33,186 bases of DNA from an uncultured Bacilli bacterium. Lineage in GTDB: Bacteria; Bacillota_I; Bacilli_A; RF39; UBA660. The stretch spans positions 1 to 33,186 of the forward strand of contig CANRCI010000003.1 in assembly GCA_947629075.1 (NCBI GenBank), in the 5' to 3' direction. The translations under genes and the position numbers were made by a program. Below are positions 1-9,019 of this stretch, one piece after another. The notes below the pieces were generated by a model that was given only the letters and a program-made list of their open reading frames with translations, had not been told where the DNA came from and made no database searches. How positions within the stretch are numbered: the first letter of the stretch is position 1; the number at the start of each line of letters is the position of its first letter.

Positions 1-2596
1 GTTTAACAATAAAGTTCATGTATTTACCTAAATCATTTTCAAAAACTACTTCTTTAACATTTAATTCTTCTTTAATTAAATCAGTTAAATCTTTAATTAG
101 AGGTTCATTTTTACCATCTAAAATAATTTCACTAATTGGTTGTCTTACTTTTATTTTTACTTCTTCTCTCGCATTTCTTCCTAGAGAAATTAAGTCTCTT
201 ACTAAGTCCATACGCATTTCTATTTTTTCATTAAATTTAGTCTCGTCACATTCAGGATAAGTTGCTAAATGGACACTTTCTTCACCCGTTAAATTAGTAT
301 ATATTTCTTCAACTGTAAATGGTGAGATTGGAGCGATTAATTTACAAAGTCCAATTAAAACTTCATAAGTAGTTTGGTAAACGGCTTTTTTATTATTATC
401 TAATTTACTAGCCCAAAATCTTCTTCGATTACGTCTTATGTACCAGTTAGATAAATCTTCATTTAAAAAGTTATTTAAAGCTTTACAAACTTTGTTTAAA
501 TCGTACTCGTCCATCGCTTTAGTAACATATTGAACTAACTTATTATACTTAGATAGTAACCATTTATCTATTTCTTCTAAATCTTGATAATCTACATGGA
601 ATTCTTTTGGATCTAAATTATCCGTATTGGCATATAGTTGAAAGAAAGTATAAGTATTTTTTAAAGTGCTGAAGAATTTAGAATTAACTTCTTTGATACC
701 TTCTTCGTCAAATTTTAAAGGTGTCCATACTGGCGACGCATTTAACATATAAAATCTAGTCGCATCAGCTCCATATTTTTCTAAAATACCAAATGGTTCC
801 ACTGCATTACCTTTACTTTTATGCATTTTTTGACCATATTTATCAAGGATTAAGTCATTAACTAAAACGTTTTTATATGGTGAACATCCCATAACAAATG
901 TAGAAATAACTAACAATGAATAGAACCAACCTCTCGTTTGGTCAATTCCTTCAGATATGAAATCAGCTGGAAATTGATTTTCAAATAATTCTTTATTTTC
1001 AAAAGGATAATGGTATTGAGCAAAAGGCATTGCACCTGAATCAAACCAACAATCTAGTACATCAGGAATACGCGTCATAGTTTTACCACACTTTGGACAT
1101 TTCAAATGAATTTCATCGATATATGGTTTATGTAAATCGAAATCATCTCCGATTTCTTCAATAGCCATTTCTTTTAACTCTTTGATTGATCCGACCATAT
1201 GAGTATGACCACATTCACATTTCCAATAAGGAATTGGACTTCCCCAATATCTACTACGTGAAACGTTCCAATCACGTGCATTAGCTAACCAATTGGCAAA
1301 TCTTTTTTCTCCGACATAAGATGGATACCAATTAACTTTTGAGTTAGCTTCAACTAATTTATCAGTCATTTCACTAACTTTTATATAGTAACTTGGCATT
1401 GAATAATAGATAAGAGGTGTATCACAACGCCAACAATGAGGATATTCGTGATATATCTTTTGGCGTTTAAATAACTTGTCATTCTCTTTCAAGTAAGCAA
1501 CTACTTCTTCATTGACATCGTGAACAAATTTTCCTTTCCATAATCCACCTGTATAACATCCATCTTTTCCAACTGGATTTAAAGATGGTAAGTCATATTT
1601 TTTACCGACTAAGGCATCATCAGCACCAAAGAATGGCGCAATATGAACGATACCAGTACCATCTTCCATTGTTACATAGTCATCACAAGTAACATAAAAA
1701 GCTTTCTTATCTACTTCAAATGATGGAATTAACTGTTCATACTCTTGATACTCTAAATCTTTTCCTTTATAAGTTTCAAGTACTTTTACCCCATCACCTA
1801 AAACTTGATCGATTAGGGAAGTTGCTAAAATAAATTTTATTCCTTTAGATTCGACTAATGAGTATTCAGCTTCAGGATTTACACACAAGGCTACATTGGC
1901 GATTAAAGTCCATGGTGTTGTCGTCCAAACCAAGAAATAAACATCTTCATCTTTTTTCTTGAACGGAACATAAACAGTAATAGCACTATCCGTTTGATAG
2001 TTTTGAGCTACTTCGTGAGTTGCAAGACCAGTTCCACAATGTGGACAATATGGAACAACTCTAGTACCTTCATAGAACATTCCCTTTTCAAACATCTCTT
2101 TTAATATCCACCATTCGGTTTCTATATACTCATTTTTATATGTTAAATACGGATTTTCTATATCGAAAAATTGTCCCATCTTAGTAGTTAGATCAGTAAA
2201 AGCCGATTCGTTTTCGCGAACACTCTTACGACATTCTTCATTAAATTTAGCTACACCTAATTTTTCAATTTCTTTTTTAGAAGAAATACCTAATTTTTTC
2301 TCAACGTGATTTTCAATTGGTAAACCGTGAGTATCCCATCCAATTTTTCTGATAACTTTTTTACCATTCATAACGTGATATTTAGTCATTGCATCTTTTA
2401 GATTTTTGGCAACCATGTGATGTAATCCAGGAAATCCATTAGCAAATGCTGGTCCATCATAAAAGACATAAGTTTCATCATTTTTATGCATTTCAACTTG
2501 AGTATCATGCATCTTATTCATACTTCCCCATGACTTTGAGATTTCTTCTTCTACTTCACTTACTGGTCTTTTATCTAATTCCTTAAACTTTCTCAT
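1..2596 (-). CDS. ileS: Isoleucyl-tRNA synthetase, type 2 (IleRS2); 3' end lies outside the window
   Basis: Not in the ORF track; translated by hand from ATG 2596 (RBS AAGGAGG): MRKFKELDKRP...FYDGPAFANGFPGLHH...GWDTHGLPIE...PYCPHCGTGLATHEVAQ...WTTTPWTL...GTGIVHIAP...HEYPHCWRCDTPLIYY...WNVSRSRYWGSP...EGIDQTRGWFYSL...KMHKSKGN. An Ile T-box lies upstream. Confidence 0.97.
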   Translation of the reverse strand, partial: MRKFKELDKRPVSEVEEEISKSWGSMNKMHDTQVEMHKNDETYVFYDGPAFANGFPGLHHMVAKNLKDAMTKYHVMNGKKVIRKIGWDTHGLPIENHVEKKLGISSKKEIEKLGVAKFNEECRKSVRENESAFTDLTTKMGQFFDIENPYLTYKNEYIETEWWILKEMFEKGMFYEGTRVVPYCPHCGTGLATHEVAQNYQTDSAITVYVPFKKKDEDVYFLVWTTTPWTLIANVALCVNPEAEYSLVESKGIKFILATSLIDQVLGDGVKVLETYKGKDLEYQEYEQLIPSFEVDKKAFYVTCDDYVTMEDGTGIVHIAPFFGADDALVGKKYDLPSLNPVGKDGCYTGGLWKGKFVHDVNEEVVAYLKENDKLFKRQKIYHEYPHCWRCDTPLIYYSMPSYYIKVSEMTDKLVEANSKVNWYPSYVGEKRFANWLANARDWNVSRSRYWGSPIPYWKCECGHTHMVGSIKELKEMAIEEIGDDFDLHKPYIDEIHLKCPKCGKTMTRIPDVLDCWFDSGAMPFAQYHYPFENKELFENQFPADFISEGIDQTRGWFYSLLVISTFVMGCSPYKNVLVNDLILDKYGQKMHKSKGNAVEPFGILEKYGADATRFYMLNASPVWTPLKFDEEGIKEVNSKFFSTLKNTYTFFQLYANTDNLDPKEFHVDYQDLEEIDKWLLSKYNKLVQYVTKAMDEYDLNKVCKALNNFLNEDLSNWYIRRNRRRFWASKLDNNKKAVYQTTYEVLIGLCKLIAPISPFTVEEIYTNLTGEESVHLATYPECDETKFNEKIEMRMDLVRDLISLGRNAREEVKIKVRQPISEIILDGKNEPLIKDLTDLIKEELNVKEVVFENDLGKYMNFIVK

Positions 2597-2631
2597 AATT
2601 ATCCTCCTTCACAATTTATGACTTATGAAAA

Positions 2632-2850
2632 CAAAAAAATCACATCCATAAGGACGTGATTTACGTGGTACCACCTTAATTTGTAGATTGATCTACCTTA
2701 AAACTATAACGCATTACCGTTTCTATCTTATCCATAGAACACAACTTGAAAGTGATCTGAATAAAACCTTTTCTATCCTCTCGCACCAAGTGAGGACTCT
2801 CTTTTAGAAAATTAGTTTTACTCCGTCTTTCGCACTTGTTTTCATCTAAA
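2632..2850 (-). promoter_or_regulatory. T-box riboswitch (Ile, AUC specifier) with terminator/antiterminator
   Basis: Minus strand: stem I has AGAGA and GGTGCGA motifs and specifier ATC at 2756-2754. T-box sequence is AAGGTGGTACCACG, followed by hairpin ATCACGTCC-TTAT-GGATGTGAT and a T-tract just upstream of ileS. Confidence 0.93.
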
Positions 2851-2859
2851 CTAGTTATA

Positions 2860-2888
2860 AATATAACATAAACAGATTAATTTTTCAA
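2860..2888 (-). promoter_or_regulatory. SigA-type promoter of the ileS leader
   Basis: TTGAAA-N17-TATATT with an extended TG, directly upstream of the T-box. Confidence 0.6.
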
Positions 2889-2892
2889 TAAC

Positions 2893-2919
2893 AAAATAAA
2901 AAAGCTAGAAAACTAGCTT
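2893..2919 (-). terminator. Intrinsic terminator
   Basis: AAGCTAG/CTAGCTT stem followed by a T-rich tract on the minus strand, at the stop of the 2918 ORF. Confidence 0.65.
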
Positions 2920-3283
2920 ATTCACCTAACTGATCAAAATAGAAATAGAAATTGTCTGATATATCTTTTTTAGCTCTTTCAGTACAATCATTCCACAATA
3001 GAACTAAATACATAAAGAAACAGAACAACAACACTATTATCAAGCAAACAAGTGCCGTCTTTCTTTTCTCATGATTCTTAGCTTTTGTTTCAGCAGCTTT
3101 CTTAGCAGCCGCACTTCTCTTAGCGTCAACTGGTTTATCAGCTTTTTTTGTAGTAGAACTTTTCTTTGCAGTTACAGCTTTGGTTGTAGTTGATTTCTTA
3201 CTAGCAGGGGTTTTAGTAGTTGTCTTCTTTGGTTTAGCAGTTCCTTTTTTGCTAGAAGTAGTTTTCTTTTTTGTTTCAGCCAC
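2918..3283 (-). CDS. Lys/Thr/Ala-rich (histone H1-like, low-complexity) protein with a C-terminal transmembrane helix
   Basis: KKTT/KKST/KKA repeats over about 75 aa, then ALVCLIIVLLFCFFMYLVLLW. GTG 3283 follows AAGGAAG and is preferred over the ORF-track start at 3304. Confidence 0.8.
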   Translation of the reverse strand: MAETKKKTTSSKKGTAKPKKTTTKTPASKKSTTTKAVTAKKSSTTKKADKPVDAKRSAAAKKAAETKAKNHEKRKTALVCLIIVLLFCFFMYLVLLWNDCTERAKKDISDNFYFYFDQLGE

Positions 3284-3396
3284 AATAGTACACTTCCTTT
3301 CCAACTATCACTTTATTATATAAATATAATATCACATTTCGACATTTTTTTACAATATTATTTTTATAAATGTGTAAATATATAGATGGTGATGAT

Positions 3397-3894
3397 ATGT
3401 ATTATTTAAAAATATATTTTTTCTATTCGATATTAGGACACTTAGTTGAGAGTATTGTCAACCCAAAAGTACCTAGTGGTATTCTCTACGGATATTGGAG
3501 TCCAATATATGGAATTGGAGTAATGTTAATTCTTTTAATCTATCACATGATCAGAAAAAGAACCCTATCTAGACAAAAGAGAATTGTTTATCTCTTCATT
3601 CTAGCGGCAGTCATCATTTCTTCAATCGAAGCTATAGGTGGAGAATTAATTGAACTATTCTGTGGCCGTGTATTTTGGAACTATGAAAATCAACTATTTC
3701 ATTTCGGTAAATATACATCGTTAAGAATGGGAATAATCTGGGGTATTTCTAGTGTCTTGTTAGTATACGTTATCCACCCATTTCTAAAACCGTTAATCAG
3801 AAAAATCCCGGATACTTTAATTGTCGTTTTAGCTTCTCTATTAGTTGTCGATTTTCTAATAACAATTCTCCATTTAAAAGGTTTAATATTATAA
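3397..3894 (+). CDS. CmpB/TMEM229-like (putative ABC transporter permease family) membrane protein
   Basis: Motifs FFYSILGHLVES, G.LYG..SPIYGIG, FWNY, IWG; 4-5 TM segments. ATG 3397 follows GGTGA. Confidence 0.75.
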   Translation: MYYLKIYFFYSILGHLVESIVNPKVPSGILYGYWSPIYGIGVMLILLIYHMIRKRTLSRQKRIVYLFILAAVIISSIEAIGGELIELFCGRVFWNYENQLFHFGKYTSLRMGIIWGISSVLLVYVIHPFLKPLIRKIPDTLIVVLASLLVVDFLITILHLKGLIL

Positions 3895-3895
3895 A

Positions 3896-3919
3896 AAGAA
3901 GCATCTTAAAATGCTTCTT
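3896..3919. terminator. Probable bidirectional terminator between convergent genes
   Basis: AAGAAGCAT-N6-ATGCTTCTT inverted repeat. Confidence 0.55.
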
Positions 3920-5051
3920 CAAATATCTTTTTAATATCTTCTTTGGTTACATCTCTTGGATTACCAGGAGTACAAGGATCGTTTAACGCTTTTTCACTCA
4001 ACATATCGATATCGTCTCTATTACCACCAATTTCTGAGATGTGTTGTGGAATATCTAATCTAATCGCCAAATCTCTTACTTTTGCTACGACGTTGTCGAT
4101 AACTTCATCATCAGTACCGGAAATATCAGCTCCAAAAAGTTTTCCCATTACCTTAAACTTACCGACACAAGATGGACCATTAAATTTCATGACGTATGGA
4201 AGAAGTAAAGCATTAGCTACTCCGTGAGGTGTATCGTACACTGCCCCTAATTGATGAGCCATAGAGTGAACAATTCCTAAACCGACATTGCTAAATCCCA
4301 TACCAGCAATGTATTGGGCAACTCCCATATTCTCAAGTGCGTCTTCATCTTTGTTACAAGCTTTTTCCAAGTTATCATAAATCATTTTCATCGCTTGGAT
4401 GTGGAACATATCAGTCATACTCCAAGCTGCTTTAGTGATGTATCCTTCAATCGCATGCGTTAATGCATCTAGTCCAGTTGATGCTGCAACACTTCGTGGC
4501 AATGTTGCCATTAAATCAGTATCGATAATGGCTAAAACAGGAATGTCATTAGGATCGACACAAACCATCTTAACAACTTTTTCTTCATCAGTAATAACAT
4601 AGTTAATAGTAACTTCTGCAGCTGTTCCATGAGTAGTTGGAAGAGCTATCAACGGAAGAGCTTTATTTTTAGTATCAGCTACTCCTACTAAACTTACTAC
4701 ATCATTAAATTCCGGATTAGTCTTAATAATACTTATAGCTTTAGCAGTATCAATTACACTACCACCACCAACCGCAATGATGTAATCAGCCTCTATATCT
4801 TCGCAAAGCTTCAACCCTTCTTTAACATTGCTAACTGTTGGATTAGGTTTAACATTTGTAAATAATTCATACTTGATATCATTTTCGTCTAAAACGTCTA
4901 AAACCATTTTAGTAACGCCACAATTCATTAGACTTTCATCACTTACTAATAACGCTTTTTTATAATGTCTTTTATTTATTTCTTCAGGTAATATACTTCT
5001 CGCATTCTTACCAAAGTAAGAAGTTTCATTCAATATAATTCTATTTGCCAT
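3906..5051 (-). CDS. fucO: Iron-containing alcohol dehydrogenase, lactaldehyde reductase-like
   Basis: N-terminus MANRIILNETSYFG; motifs GGGSVIDTAK, PTT.GTAAEVTINYVITD, DALTHAIEGY, VHSMAHQLGAVYDTPHG (metal ligands intact). Confidence 0.88.
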   Translation of the reverse strand: MANRIILNETSYFGKNARSILPEEINKRHYKKALLVSDESLMNCGVTKMVLDVLDENDIKYELFTNVKPNPTVSNVKEGLKLCEDIEADYIIAVGGGSVIDTAKAISIIKTNPEFNDVVSLVGVADTKNKALPLIALPTTHGTAAEVTINYVITDEEKVVKMVCVDPNDIPVLAIIDTDLMATLPRSVAASTGLDALTHAIEGYITKAAWSMTDMFHIQAMKMIYDNLEKACNKDEDALENMGVAQYIAGMGFSNVGLGIVHSMAHQLGAVYDTPHGVANALLLPYVMKFNGPSCVGKFKVMGKLFGADISGTDDEVIDNVVAKVRDLAIRLDIPQHISEIGGNRDDIDMLSEKALNDPCTPGNPRDVTKEDIKKIFEEAF

Positions 5052-5071
5052 ATCTTTTCTCCTCTATCTCA

Positions 5072-6508
5072 TTATTTATAAACATCTTTTAAAACAGTCG
5101 TCTTGATTGTCGACATATCTTCAAGTGTCTTTGACACTCCTTCAGTTGAAAATCCAGAATACTTCCATCCACCGAAAGGCATTTCATGAGAACGATACAT
5201 CGGACTTCCATTGATAACGACTGTACCACAATCTAGATATTTGCTAATTTTAAATGCCGTTTTAATATTTTTAGTAAAAACTGAAGCTCCCAAACCGTAA
5301 GGTGAAGAATTGACTATCTCGATGGCATCAATCGTATTTTTAAATGTTATTACTGGAAAGATCGGTCCATTTATCTCCAATGTTGAAAGAATTCTTTTGT
5401 CATCGGTAAAATCAGTTATTACTGTCGGTTCATAAAAATTCTTTCTTCTCTTTCCACCACACATTACGACAGCACCATTATCTACTAATTTCTTGACTTG
5501 TTTTTCTACTTTAATGGCATTTTTTTCGTCTATTAGACATGTCATATCAGTATCGTTTTCAAATGGTGAAGCAATCTTTAGTTTGTCTATTTCTCTAATT
5601 AGACGATTCAAAAATTCAGATTTAATGCTCTCATGAACTAAAATTCTTTTACAAGCCGTAGCTGATTGACCAGAATTGATTATTCTACTCTTTATTATCT
5701 CATCAACTGCTAAATTGATATCCGCATCACTGCAGACAATCGCAGCATTATTACCACCTAATTCGAGATGAACTTTAGTTAAATTGTTACTAGCTTGTTG
5801 CATCACTTTCATACCAGTTACGGTTGAACCCGAAAAAGTGATTAAATTTATATCTGGATGACTAGCCAAAGCTTTACCACTAACCTCTCCAGTTCCGTGG
5901 ATCAGTTGGATAACACTAGTCTCAACTCCAGCACTTCTAAGTAAATAAACTAATTTTGTAATAGTAAGTGGAACTCGGTGTGACGGTTTAACAATAACCG
6001 TATTTCCCATTATTAAAGCAGCTGGAATCTTGTGAGCAAAAGTTAAAATTGGACAATCAGATGGTAAAATAGCAGCGACAATTCCAAGGGGATAACGACT
6101 AGTTATTTCTAACGTATTATTAGATTTAGTACTTATGCCACTAGGTATACTATCTTCATACATATGACGACTTTTTTCCACAAAAGCTGTGGAAATTTCT
6201 ATTAAGGCATCGAACTCCTCACGTGCTTCACGAATTGGTTTACCACTCTCTCTTATATAAAGTCTCACTAACTCTTCTTTTCTCTTAATGACCAAATTTT
6301 TAAATTTAATTAGGATGTCTCCTCGTTCATAAATCGTTTTATTACGCCATCCATCAAGTGCTTGATAGGCATTGCTAACAGCTTCGTTAACATCATCAAA
6401 ATTTGAGTTAGGGATTCTATCGATTAACAAATTTTTATAGGGATTTATTACTTCAATAGTATCTTTACTATACGAATCCTTCCATTCGTTACCAATTAAA
6501 TTCTTCAT
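5072..6508 (-). CDS. Aldehyde dehydrogenase-fold protein with substituted catalytic residues
   Basis: Motifs ESGKP, GNTVIVKPS, FSGST..G, LELGG, YGLGASVFT, PFGG.K.SG. The GQxC motif reads GQSA and PWNFP reads PSDCP. Confidence 0.9.
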   Translation of the reverse strand: MKNLIGNEWKDSYSKDTIEVINPYKNLLIDRIPNSNFDDVNEAVSNAYQALDGWRNKTIYERGDILIKFKNLVIKRKEELVRLYIRESGKPIREAREEFDALIEISTAFVEKSRHMYEDSIPSGISTKSNNTLEITSRYPLGIVAAILPSDCPILTFAHKIPAALIMGNTVIVKPSHRVPLTITKLVYLLRSAGVETSVIQLIHGTGEVSGKALASHPDINLITFSGSTVTGMKVMQQASNNLTKVHLELGGNNAAIVCSDADINLAVDEIIKSRIINSGQSATACKRILVHESIKSEFLNRLIREIDKLKIASPFENDTDMTCLIDEKNAIKVEKQVKKLVDNGAVVMCGGKRRKNFYEPTVITDFTDDKRILSTLEINGPIFPVITFKNTIDAIEIVNSSPYGLGASVFTKNIKTAFKISKYLDCGTVVINGSPMYRSHEMPFGGWKYSGFSTEGVSKTLEDMSTIKTTVLKDVYK

Positions 6509-6554
6509 TATATCGCCCCTTTATTCTAATAATTATTATAACATTATTAATAAG

Positions 6555-6583
6555 AAAAAAAAAGAATGTATTGATACATTCTT
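6555..6583 (-). terminator. Intrinsic terminator
   Basis: AAGAATGTA/TACATTCTT stem plus a long T-tract on the minus strand, after the 6590 ORF. Confidence 0.7.
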
Positions 6584-6589
6584 ATATTT

Positions 6590-9019
6590 TTATGTACTCA
6601 AATCTACGTTATCCCACTCTTCATCTAGTATTAACCAATTGAGAGCGCGATGACGTTCTAAGACGATTTCAGAATTGATTATATCACTGATATCTTTAGA
6701 ATTAATTCTAGAATCGATACAATACCAATCATAACGATAAGTTAAATCAGCCAGATCTAGTATTTCATTTATATCACGAGGAGTACATTTAGTAATGAAT
6801 TCACTATAATTCTTGTTGGAAGATATTATTGATGTAAGAGCTTGAGAATCGACTACATCATGAGGATAAGGAATTCTATCAACTAAATTCAAACTCCATA
6901 AAAGGATCAATAATCCTTCGAATTGCCATGATATCTGTACAGCTAAAGATTTATCCATCGTATCGAATAACCTTTTTTCATTAGGAGTTAGATATGCTGT
7001 AACACGGTATGTTGCTAGTAACTTATTAAAGAACTTTTTAGAATCTTTAAGTTGTTTTTTCTTTTTTAAACGAATGACATCACAAGCAAAATTACAACTC
7101 AAACACAACGCAATGGCACGCTTAGCTACTTCATCAACCGTTCGCTTATGACAACTGTAACTACTTTCAATTAGTGGTAATTCCTCTAGATAAGATATTC
7201 CTTGTGATTTAAGTATCTCAATACTGTTTAGTTTTCTCTTTAAGGCTTCTTTAAACGATTCATCACTTTCAATTAAACTTACAGTAGCAAGAGCGTAATC
7301 AGCATAAGCAAGATTCATATTACTCAAAACGGAAGATACAGCAATTAAGTATCCTTCAATGTAAGAGACTTTATATATTCGCTCATTATCTAAGACATAA
7401 GTCCTAATAGTACGATCGTTTAACGTCTTTTCATTATAACTCTTTATACCCGTCTGGGAAGAGATAACATTTTTACTCATCCAATCATTTACTTTAATTT
7501 CGTATTCATTATTATTAACACATCTAAAGATAAATACACGATAATTGATATCATCTTTTTCTAAAACATCGAAAACATTGAATTCTCGATCGATTTTAGA
7601 ATCGTTTTCTTTTGGAAAATTAAATTTAAAAATTGGACAGTTCTCAATTATGTGATAGAAAACTTTTACATCACTACTACTAATTTTATTGTAATCTTGT
7701 TCGTGAGTATCGATTATTTCATCTTTTTTATCTTTCTTAGATTTGGTCTTTTTTTTCTTTTTGGCTTCTTTTTCCTCTTCATCAAAAGTTGTAATTTCTG
7801 GATTGACATCTATTTTTACTGGTTTAGGTTTTGACATATCTAAAACATCAGCAATATCCATTTGCATCTTCAGAAGAGAGTCTTCCTCTAACTCTGGTTT
7901 TGGTGTATCATCAACAATATTTATAATTGGTTCCTCTACTTCTTCAATAACCGATATTTTTTCCTCAACTGGTTTGAATTCAGAAGATCCATCTATATTT
8001 TTAAAATCTAATTTATAAGGGAAAATGTCATAATCAGATAGATCGTTTTCAATCTTACCATCGATTAAGTCAAATATTTCCACAAAGATCATCTGTAGAG
8101 TATGTTCATCGAGATTATCTTTACTCAAATCGATTAAAAGGTAATTGTCATCAACCCTAGTAAGAATCAAATCTTTTTTATTAAATGGTAGATTACCATG
8201 GTCCATGATCGATAGATTAGCCAAATTAGAACTGATACAATTCTTAACACGATTTGCTAAATTATACGATTTTTCAATAATTCTTAAATCGCTATTGAGA
8301 ATCTCAAAATATATTTCATCATTAATAATTGATAGATGAGCATCTTTATATTCATATTTAAAATAGAATTTTGGAACTTTAATATTTCGATAACTACTTT
8401 CCTGTTCAATCATTTTTTGAGCAGTATTTTTAACAATTTCTGGTTTAGCTTTAGTATCTATCACTGTCTTTTTCTCTGGTATTTCTTCAGTTGGAATATC
8501 GATTTTAGTTTTCTGTGGTGGATTGACTGGCTTAAATACTTGTAGCGAATTTAAAATTTCATTCATAATTATTACATTTTTATCTTTTCGCAACTGTTTT
8601 GCATTAAATACTCTATCTGCCGTATCTAAGTTAATGGTGAAGTTAATAATCATACCATTTATTAAAACGAAGGACTGTAATAATTTCTTAAAATCTTTTT
8701 CTAATACTACTTGTTTTACATCTAATTCTTTAATTAAATAATCTTCATCAAAGATGACTTTAACATCATCTGGTAATCGCTTGATATTAGCGTGATAATT
8801 TGAATCAAAATTCTTATCACTGGCAAAACCAACAAACATAATACTTAAGGTTGTAAGGTTGTCGATGTTGAACAAATATAATGTATTACTGTTGATATTT
8901 AATTTTTTATATTCACTTCTTTTTACTTGAATCCATTTTGGTGATGCTTTGAACTTAAATCCAATATTTTTAGATCTAATATCAACGTATACTTCTTTTT
9001 CTTCTTTCTTTCTATTCAT
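6590..9019 (-). CDS. Large protein with a C-terminal DUF4272-like domain
   Basis: The C-terminal ~215 aa contain EGLLILLWSL, EILDLADLTYRYDWYCIDSR and IVLERHRALNWL...WDNVDLST. The N-terminal ~590 aa are unassigned. ATG 9019 overlaps the upstream stop (ORF-track start 9028). Confidence 0.75.
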   Translation of the reverse strand: MNRKKEEKEVYVDIRSKNIGFKFKASPKWIQVKRSEYKKLNINSNTLYLFNIDNLTTLSIMFVGFASDKNFDSNYHANIKRLPDDVKVIFDEDYLIKELDVKQVVLEKDFKKLLQSFVLINGMIINFTINLDTADRVFNAKQLRKDKNVIIMNEILNSLQVFKPVNPPQKTKIDIPTEEIPEKKTVIDTKAKPEIVKNTAQKMIEQESSYRNIKVPKFYFKYEYKDAHLSIINDEIYFEILNSDLRIIEKSYNLANRVKNCISSNLANLSIMDHGNLPFNKKDLILTRVDDNYLLIDLSKDNLDEHTLQMIFVEIFDLIDGKIENDLSDYDIFPYKLDFKNIDGSSEFKPVEEKISVIEEVEEPIINIVDDTPKPELEEDSLLKMQMDIADVLDMSKPKPVKIDVNPEITTFDEEEKEAKKKKKTKSKKDKKDEIIDTHEQDYNKISSSDVKVFYHIIENCPIFKFNFPKENDSKIDREFNVFDVLEKDDINYRVFIFRCVNNNEYEIKVNDWMSKNVISSQTGIKSYNEKTLNDRTIRTYVLDNERIYKVSYIEGYLIAVSSVLSNMNLAYADYALATVSLIESDESFKEALKRKLNSIEILKSQGISYLEELPLIESSYSCHKRTVDEVAKRAIALCLSCNFACDVIRLKKKKQLKDSKKFFNKLLATYRVTAYLTPNEKRLFDTMDKSLAVQISWQFEGLLILLWSLNLVDRIPYPHDVVDSQALTSIISSNKNYSEFITKCTPRDINEILDLADLTYRYDWYCIDSRINSKDISDIINSEIVLERHRALNWLILDEEWDNVDLST

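Noticed and set aside
18-260. 80-aa plus-strand ORF
   Set aside because: Antisense shadow of ileS, which is open on the minus strand through position 1.
3943-4602. Plus-strand ORFs inside fucO; likewise 7652-8741, 10234, 16998, 17802, 20526, 21690, 23433, 27117, 28073, 28337, 29846, 30092, 31086 and 32362
   Set aside because: Antisense shadows of well-supported genes, with no motifs or RBS of their own.
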